Of a DNA stretch of 32,000 bases, positions 27,401 through 32,000 are shown piece by piece. The notes beneath the pieces are model-generated. The model was not told the DNA's origin. It did not search any database and worked only from the letters and a program-made list of their open reading frames with translations. Position numbers and translations under genes: made by a program. Numbering within the stretch: the stretch's first letter is position 1; the number at the start of each line of letters is the position of its first letter. The stretch lies in sequence record AB366653.2; one strand, given 5' to 3'. The stretch comes from Ralstonia phage phiRSL1.

Positions 27401-27643
27401 CGTTTTGCGCGCATACTTGTATGCGTTGCGGAATGCAGTGAACGTGCCAACGTCGCCCAGCAATTCGCCTTCCTTGCCCGTACGTTCAGACGGCAGATCG
27501 CGACTGTCCACTGATTGGAACACGATGAGCAACCTGCGCTTGGACTGCTTCCAGTCACTGTCCATCTTCAGCAGCAGGTTGTAGGGAGCATTCCGCTTGA
27601 AGAACTCGTTCTGAATCTCGAAGCGAAACTGTTTGTCAAGCAT
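24491..27643 (-). CDS. family A DNA polymerase with 3'-5' exonuclease domain
   Basis: 1050 aa; exo motifs CALDTETKNL, TFNGHMFDLRVI, EYASTDTVSI; pol motif A LVRFDYSAHEVRI, motif B LRDAVKKVVFGVIYGKG, motif C-like SQRAVHDAL. N-terminal ~220 aa extra domain. Confidence 0.9.
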   Translation of the reverse strand: MLDKQFRFEIQNEFFKRNAPYNLLLKMDSDWKQSKRRLLIVFQSVDSRDLPSERTGKEGELLGDVGTFTAFRNAYKYARKTAQTYLRGTDKTVPEYALAVANFNAARHLHMSSRGRHDAELVFADRLRQMIRKLRPTHVLFSGDEALSVTYPQIAYGHYKRGWIHTLKEDDFSFKAASTLDFARLLDKNGALANLLGFWTRHLAQLLIEHHPFSLAHVKAEPRFIKTIDQFDKLMKRFDTAEYCALDTETKNLSSLHNRIYTMQFTTNHNPNAGYVLAIDHPLTHWSKEERQYIKRELRQRFAAKTGPLLITFNGHMFDLRVIRQILRIPIMWLPVWEIMFAEHSLDENASLLNAASNAVNPDGKKATYGGLAPIFTSYGNDHYYTAAFSKAQRSTSGQVKPDNPDFLEYASTDTVSIAHIRQMQIKRASYMEIDGQSFAPYFVRHMEQQMSDTAHALSHMRNDGSSLSRPALKHLMGPKSPLREMMAKTLDQLRLMNEVRKANKELLSDSGFKAKSLFGGVSDKWIFQPTKPDHKAKLFFDVLGLEPLSMSKITGKPQIDKEFIKHYKDKNKVVALYGEYQALTKVISTYVKAWSRRLNTALDESTDDSLRADYFLVDTGRLGSKDPNLQQIPSRGPLSKLLKTLFVARPGYLLVRFDYSAHEVRIWSVASGDKVIAAAFRTGLELRQAFIQDPSDANKKALKEKGDFHILNVQRFFKKLVDKDHPLRDAVKKVVFGVIYGKGAETLGEDTKEGDISSLRAEVAKLYDESLTCKDAKRLARINEMLEELDDKLTALFNEDRSEYAQGIVDKMFGEFKAGHRWIQRMSKMAEEKFYVYSFNGRVRHLYAAMTGDKRIISKQVRRGTNAPIQGVASEIGNKADRLIITEYYKRLPKLKKMLGIDRSDWELRVFSQRAVHDALYKMVPYDMVIPFIHILQYQATYGVQAAYEKAFNFKWTIAPEIECEIGVSDDKSRKWSWDVKELVAHLKAAVDDAEKLGVLEGKKEDVLRRVFRPWTDPKVRRALQKSYPLLGVTDLDRQISEAVAEFME

Positions 27644-27668
27644 TTGAACCTCGTGGGCTGTGTGTTAC

Positions 27669-28013
27669 TTAGTGGGTGTCCTTGGTGTCCAGCACCAGAC
27701 GCCCCGAATTCTTGCGTACCTGAATGGCCTTGTCGTCAAAGATCTGCACGCAGTGCCGATCCTTGATGCAGGTAATGGGCAACACCTGACCGAGGTGTTC
27801 GTGGCACCATGCCTCGATGGCCCTCACCTTTTCGGGCGACGATTCAGCAACTCGCGCAGTGAAGATGCGAACGTCACGGCCTTCCGTCAGCCAGCGCTGA
27901 ACGCGCTTCACCATGATGAGAATGGGCTTTCCAATGTGCGTGGGGCCACGGTACTTGTCGTAATACGCCAAGGTACCATCAAGGTCCACGCCAATCCAAC
28001 CGCGTTCGCTCAT
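27669..28013 (-). CDS. HAD-like hydrolase (114 aa)
   Basis: WIGVDLDGTLAYYD, VRIFTARV, VQIFDDKAIQV. Confidence 0.75.
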   Translation of the reverse strand: MSERGWIGVDLDGTLAYYDKYRGPTHIGKPILIMVKRVQRWLTEGRDVRIFTARVAESSPEKVRAIEAWCHEHLGQVLPITCIKDRHCVQIFDDKAIQVRKNSGRLVLDTKDTH

Positions 28014-28030
28014 GATCCATTCTCCAAAAT

Positions 28031-28061
28031 GAAAAAGCCCAGTAGCAGGGCCACTGGGCTT
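28031..28061 (-). terminator. rho-independent terminator
   Basis: Minus AAGCCCAGT-GGCCCTGCT-ACTGGGCTT-TTT, 9 bp stem. Confidence 0.8.
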
Positions 28062-28068
28062 ATTTACC
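28061..28068 (-). promoter_or_regulatory. late-promoter-like motif GGTAAATA abutting terminator
   Basis: Minus GGCGGTAAATAAGCC, 48 nt upstream of ATG 28013. Confidence 0.45.
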
Positions 28069-28071
28069 GCC

Positions 28072-29163
28072 TTACTTGTGATGTGCGAGAAACGACAGCC
28101 AATCGCGCTCCGATCGCTTGTCGTAGCCGCGCAACCCCATGGCGTTGAGGTTCAGTCGCGGGAAGCGTCGCTTCATACACAGCGCACGATCCATGACCGC
28201 GGCAATGCTGTCAGACGACGTGGGATCCGCTTGGTACAGCATGTTGAGCCACGTGATCTCGCGGCTGCCGATCGTAGGCACGCCCAACACCACGGCGTCG
28301 GCCGCTACGATGTTGAACGTTTCCGAGAACGACACCTGCGTCACCAAGTCCATGGACGCCACAAGCTCTTTGAACTTGGCGTGCACCATCCACGGATGTT
28401 CGACCAGCTCGTGTTGCGGGTAGTGCTTGAACATCAGGCGCAGATTCTTGAGGATCTGATCGCCGTTCATCTCGATGCGACCGCCGTTGATGTGGAAGCG
28501 CAGGCGACGATTGAGCCGGGCTGCCAGCTTCAGCGCGCCAATCGCCTGTTCCATGTGGTTCTTCAACGGACGTACGGCACCAAAGCACCCGATGTCCAGC
28601 GTGTCGCAGTGGTCCGGCTTCATCTCTCCGTCAACGAGATGCGTTGTCGGATAGTAGTTGGGCAGGTATGCGACCTTGGAGGCGATGTGTTCTGGCGTCC
28701 ACGAGGGGTTCGCCATCTGCACTAGATGCAGGGTTTCCTCGTACATGCGCGGGCTATTGGCCGACATGACGACATTGGGACGCTGCACGTACTTCAGCAT
28801 CCAGTCGAAGGCGATCCCTTCCTGGGCTAGGAATGGAGTCTCCGAGTGATTGCGGATCACATACTTGATCTTGGGGTTGACCGACAGCAGCTCGTCGAAT
28901 TTCTCCGGCACAACCCAGAAGGCTTCAACGATCACTACCTCAGCCTGGAAGGCCATCGCTTCCCGGTAGATCGTCGAATTGTCTTGCACGTGAACCAGCT
29001 TCACTGGCACGCCGTGTTGCATCAGCATGTCGACAACCATGCGAGCGCTATTGAACAGGCCGCTGCTCAGCGGCTTCTTGCCGTCGCTGTAGCACCAGCT
29101 ATTGATGTCGTTGTAGTCGCTATCGCGATACTTGAGGACGAAGAGGGTGCGTGGGTACGTCAT
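28072..29163 (-). CDS. GT-B (GT4-like) glycosyltransferase
   Basis: 363 aa; GCFGAVRPLKNHMEQAIGALKLA ... VSFSETFNIVAADAVVLGVPTIGSREI. Confidence 0.65.
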   Translation of the reverse strand: MTYPRTLFVLKYRDSDYNDINSWCYSDGKKPLSSGLFNSARMVVDMLMQHGVPVKLVHVQDNSTIYREAMAFQAEVVIVEAFWVVPEKFDELLSVNPKIKYVIRNHSETPFLAQEGIAFDWMLKYVQRPNVVMSANSPRMYEETLHLVQMANPSWTPEHIASKVAYLPNYYPTTHLVDGEMKPDHCDTLDIGCFGAVRPLKNHMEQAIGALKLAARLNRRLRFHINGGRIEMNGDQILKNLRLMFKHYPQHELVEHPWMVHAKFKELVASMDLVTQVSFSETFNIVAADAVVLGVPTIGSREITWLNMLYQADPTSSDSIAAVMDRALCMKRRFPRLNLNAMGLRGYDKRSERDWLSFLAHHK

Positions 29164-29228
29164 GAACTACTCCAAATGTTGGGACCATCAGGGAACTCCT
29201 TGCATCTTGTTCTTGTGCTACATCAAAT

Positions 29229-29963
29229 TCAGGGGTGGTAGTTGAGGAGCGACCAATAGTCGGCAGCATTGCCAATGTCCAGCACCACCTTGTTGGAGTA
29301 GCGAGTAACGTCGGCACCCAGACACTTGAGCGCGGGTCCGCCGCTGTACAACACGAGAGGCGCGTCCAATCCGATGATGTGTTCCACGGCCTCGTCCAGC
29401 TGACGCCAGTTGTTGAGCTCGAAGTAGTGCACACGCACGCCCAGCACATCACGGCAGCGAATCTGGAGTGCGTCGGCCAAGCCGCGTGACGCGTGCAGGA
29501 AGATGAGGGACCCCGCCGTCTTGTACAGTTCGGCCTGCGCCTGCTGCGTCCACACGTTGACGAAGAAGTTGTCAACGTACTGCTCGCGCGGACGGAACAG
29601 GTCATGAACGCTGTAGTACGGCTGCGTGATGCCCGAGATGTTGGGCGCGAAATAGTCGCTGTCGTTACCAGCGGACAACAGGCGGCGATGGAGTTCGCCG
29701 TAGGTGATGCCTTCGATGCCCATGCGCTTGCGCCACGCTTCGTCGTAGTCAGAGACCATGGAGTCTGCGGCACGCCACCGTTTAGAGGCATCGGCACAGG
29801 ATTCCATCAACTGACGTTCACCATCGCCCATGCGAGCGACGCTCAGTGATCGGTTGTTGATCAGCGCGTCACCCACCAGATAGTAGAAGGCCCATGCACT
29901 CATGGTGCGATTGGCAATGTCGACGGCACGTTCAGACAGCGAGGATAGGACCATTCCGGACAT
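29229..29963 (-). CDS. GT-D-like (DUF1792-like) putative glycosyltransferase
   Basis: 244 aa; SVARMGDGERQLM and LVLYSGGPALKCLGADVTRYSNKVVLDIGNAADYW. Confidence 0.5.
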   Translation of the reverse strand: MSGMVLSSLSERAVDIANRTMSAWAFYYLVGDALINNRSLSVARMGDGERQLMESCADASKRWRAADSMVSDYDEAWRKRMGIEGITYGELHRRLLSAGNDSDYFAPNISGITQPYYSVHDLFRPREQYVDNFFVNVWTQQAQAELYKTAGSLIFLHASRGLADALQIRCRDVLGVRVHYFELNNWRQLDEAVEHIIGLDAPLVLYSGGPALKCLGADVTRYSNKVVLDIGNAADYWSLLNYHP

Positions 29964-29980
29964 GTTGATGCTCCTTAGTC

Positions 29981-30011
29981 AAAAAGAAAGGGGACCCAAT
30001 GAGGGTCCCCT
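29981..30011 (-). terminator. rho-independent terminator
   Basis: Minus AGGGGACCC-TCATT-GGGTCCCCT-TTCTTTTT, 9 bp perfect stem. Confidence 0.85.
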
Positions 30012-30012
30012 G

Positions 30013-30258
30013 TTATGCGCGTGACTGCAGTTCGAGGACAGTGTCGTCGTCTGCAAACTGATCGAAGTAATGGTACTCAGGGCACCGAAGTGAGTAATGC
30101 CCGCCGCAGGAATCACACGCGGCTTCGCAGATGCGCCAGTCTTCCACAGGGTGGAACTTGTCGCATTCTGGACATTTCAGATCGTGCTCGGTGAGTGTCG
30201 GTGGACCATCCAGTAATGGACCGTGATCCTGAATGAAATCGTACACGGTAATGGTCAT
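30013..30258 (-). CDS. small zinc-ribbon-like protein (81 aa)
   Basis: LKCPECDKFHPVEDWRICEAACDSCGGHYSLRCPEYH. Confidence 0.6.
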   Translation of the reverse strand: MTITVYDFIQDHGPLLDGPPTLTEHDLKCPECDKFHPVEDWRICEAACDSCGGHYSLRCPEYHYFDQFADDDTVLELQSRA

Positions 30259-30274
30259 AGACACCTCGGTGTTA

Positions 30275-30393
30275 TGGAGTCGCGCCCCGAATCGAACGGG
30301 ATGGGATGTAGCTGAATTCAACCAGACCAACGTGCGGCCGCACGCCTACACCTCTTATGTATTCATACCAGCAGCCTACTGGACTCACGCGAC
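30275..30393 (-). tRNA. atypical tRNA-like element (T-arm, encoded CCA, distant 5' acceptor partner)
   Basis: Minus 3' end TCCCG-TTCGATT-CGGGG-CGCGACTCCA; complementary GTCGCG located 119 nt upstream; no canonical anticodon arm found. Confidence 0.3.
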
Positions 30394-30400
30394 AAAGACT

Positions 30401-30476
30401 TGGAGCGGGCGACGAGACTCGAACTCGCGACATCTTGCTTGGAAGGCAAGAACTCTACCAACTGAGCTACGCCCGC
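30401..30476 (-). tRNA. tRNA-Gly (anticodon TCC)
   Basis: GCGGGCGTAGCTCAGTTGGTAGAGTTCTTGCCTTCCAAGCAAGATGTCGCGAGTTCGAGTCTCGTCGCCCGCTCCA, full cloverleaf with encoded CCA. Confidence 0.93.
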
Positions 30477-30489
30477 AGAAACTGAAACA

Positions 30490-30559
30490 ACTCCCTTAGT
30501 GGGTTCGAACCACTGCCTGCCCCCGTCGGGACCGCTCTACCACTCTAAGCTAAAGGGAA
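30490..30559 (-). tRNA. tRNA-like, shortened anticodon region (possible degenerate tRNA)
   Basis: TTCCCTTTAGCTTAGAGTGGTAGAGC...AGTGGTTCGAACCCACTAAGGGAG; good D-arm, T-arm and acceptor, anomalous anticodon arm, no encoded CCA. Confidence 0.5.
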
Positions 30560-30628
30560 TTGAGTTTGCTCACCAGCATGGAGAAGGTGCGCACAGTGCA
30601 CCCCCTTGGTCCATACACGGCTTGCAGA

Positions 30629-30706
30629 TGGTCCGAGTGAGAGGATTCGAACCTCCGACCCCCTGATCCCAAATCAGGTGCGCTAACCAGACTGCGCTAC
30701 ACTCGG
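30629..30706 (-). tRNA. tRNA-Pro (anticodon TGG)
   Basis: CCGAGTGTAGCGCAGTCTGGTTAGCGCACCTGATTTGGGATCAGGGGGTCGGAGGTTCGAATCCTCTCACTCGGACCA, anticodon loop TTTGGGA. Confidence 0.93.
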
Positions 30707-30713
30707 TAAACAG

Positions 30714-31100
30714 TTAGACCGCCAACGACGATCTATGAAAAGCGATGTGCCTGAACACTGGCAACTCTAGCGTCGGCGGGTTGATGGGTAGTCCCCAAGC
30801 TTCCAGCAGTGGATGAAACGTTGAGTCGATCCAGCCTTCGGCAACCACAGAATCGGAATTTGTGGACAGCGTAGGTAGCGGGCGCGCAGTTCGTCTGTAG
30901 TAGACAGACTTATCGACAGCGCCACGCTCATGGGGCAAGCGTTCAACCAAGTTGAGTTCTACGCCTAGTCGCAGCGCCAAACGCACTTGGTACACGTTGG
31001 ACCCAAGCATGGACACTAGGTCCAATGCCGCGACCTTTTCAAATTGCTCAGCCGCCTTCAGAATCTCGATCTGCTGGCGAGTCAGGGTAATCTCTGGCAT
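30714..31100 (-). CDS. hypothetical protein (possible winged-helix/HTH N-terminus, 128 aa)
   Basis: MPEITLTRQQIEILKAAEQFEKVAALDLVSMLGSNVYQVRLALRLGVELNLVERL. Confidence 0.6.
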   Translation of the reverse strand: MPEITLTRQQIEILKAAEQFEKVAALDLVSMLGSNVYQVRLALRLGVELNLVERLPHERGAVDKSVYYRRTARPLPTLSTNSDSVVAEGWIDSTFHPLLEAWGLPINPPTLELPVFRHIAFHRSSLAV

Positions 31101-31446
31101 GGAAGTCCACGTCCTCTACGTCAGTGTTGCTAGGGGCCGCTAGTCGCGGCCGGGGTTGGGGCAATGCCAGCGCCGTTCGGTCAACACGTGGAGGCGCTTG
31201 ATACACTTCAAGCGACGGGATGACGAATGTTCTTTCATCTCGCCACACACTGCTCTTTACCGGTGCCACGCACACATACCACTTCTCGTTGTCGTGTGCG
31301 AAGCAGAACGGTTCTTTGGGGCGCAGTTGCGACAGATAGGTGGTGACCACCTGACCGTCGCGGTACACTTCGATCTCGCGATCATTCGGCCCTTGCTGCT
31401 GGCTTACGTCGCGCTGTGCTACGTACGGCACCAGTTCCATCTTCAC
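31048..31446 (-). CDS. hypothetical protein (132 aa)
   Basis: ORF overlapping both neighbours. Confidence 0.6.
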   Translation of the reverse strand: MKMELVPYVAQRDVSQQQGPNDREIEVYRDGQVVTTYLSQLRPKEPFCFAHDNEKWYVCVAPVKSSVWRDERTFVIPSLEVYQAPPRVDRTALALPQPRPRLAAPSNTDVEDVDFHARDYPDSPADRDSEGG

Positions 31447-31780
31447 CTCCTAACGCAGACAACATCTTCTGGAGCTTGAGGATGCGCGACTGAAGCTGGA
31501 CCTTACGGCGCTCAACGATTTCTTTCAGCGCGCCAGCATCTGGGCCGTAGAGCTTCGCCACCCACTGAAGCTTGGTGACGACCACCACTTCAACGTTGTT
31601 GGCGCCTGCGTCAAGCTGCACCAGCGCGTCATCACCGTAGAAGTCGATCTTCTCGTCGATGATGGCGCGCAACTGAGCGAGCGACCCGCAGAAATCACTG
31701 AGCGAGTCGATATAGACAGCGCCCGGCACAGTGATGAGTCGCGTAGTCTTCAGCTCTTCACGAAAATCTTCAAGACTCAT
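31382..31780 (-). CDS. hypothetical protein (132 aa)
   Basis: ORF in the tandem array. Confidence 0.7.
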   Translation of the reverse strand: MSLEDFREELKTTRLITVPGAVYIDSLSDFCGSLAQLRAIIDEKIDFYGDDALVQLDAGANNVEVVVVTKLQWVAKLYGPDAGALKEIVERRKVQLQSRILKLQKMLSALGGEDGTGAVRSTARRKPAARAE

Positions 31781-31795
31781 AGGAACCTCTAAGGG

Positions 31796-32000
31796 TTAGT
31801 CAAGAAATACGGCGTGGCCGTCTTGAATCCAGCCATGCCACAGACCACCAGCCGAACCGTCGATCGACGGATGGACGGTGATGTTGTCGAATGTGGCTGC
31901 GTCAGGATCAGGACTGCACAACCACGTGATGTTGGAATACGCGTCGCCTGTAACGCCTTGGACTCGCGTCCAGCCGTGTTCAGGATTCTTACCCTCGGCG
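31796..32000 (-). CDS. hypothetical protein, C-terminal part only (window edge)
   Basis: Frame open to the edge: ...AEGKNPEHGWTRVQGVTGDAYSNITWLCSPDPDAATFDNITVHPSIDGSAGGLWHGWIQDGHAVFLD*. Confidence 0.6.
   Translation of the reverse strand, partial: AEGKNPEHGWTRVQGVTGDAYSNITWLCSPDPDAATFDNITVHPSIDGSAGGLWHGWIQDGHAVFLD

Noticed and set aside
30589-30605. Short hairpin GGTGC-GCACAGT-GCACC as a terminator
   Set aside because: Only 5 bp and no adjacent T tract; probably just tRNA spacer sequence.

Overview
This 32 kb window looks like part of a large tailed-phage genome. Nearly all of the coding sequence is on the minus strand, in tightly packed, often overlapping genes. Replication, recombination and transcription genes recognisable from sequence motifs: a RecA/UvsX-like recombinase, an SSB-like protein with a very long acidic repetitive tail, a divergent sigma-factor-like protein, a DnaG-type primase and a family A DNA polymerase with 3'-5' exonuclease motifs. 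There is also a Rz/Rz1-like spanin pair, HAD phosphatases, a SWIM-motif protein, a HExxGH putative metallopeptidase, additional glycosyltransferase-like genes and a small tRNA cluster. The most interesting region is about 6.5-15.6 kb. It encodes an Nmad1-like protein, a thymidylate-synthase-family enzyme, a protein resembling the 5-hmdU DNA kinase helical / alpha-glutamyl-putrescinyl-thymine pyrophosphorylase family, a PAPS-type sulfotransferase, three TAGT-like GT-A glycosyltransferases, a sugar-type nucleotidyltransferase, a nucleotidyltransferase/APH-kinase fusion and an APS-kinase-like P-loop kinase. I read this as a candidate DNA base hypermodification pathway, possibly sugar- and/or sulfate-decorated; this is inference. 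A recurring minus-strand motif CNGYNAGTAAATAR (core GTAAATA, similar to the T4 late promoter TATAAATA) sits 30-70 nt upstream of five gene starts and frames the cassette. It may be the promoter class read by the window's sigma-like protein. All family calls come from reading motifs by eye; no database search was run.
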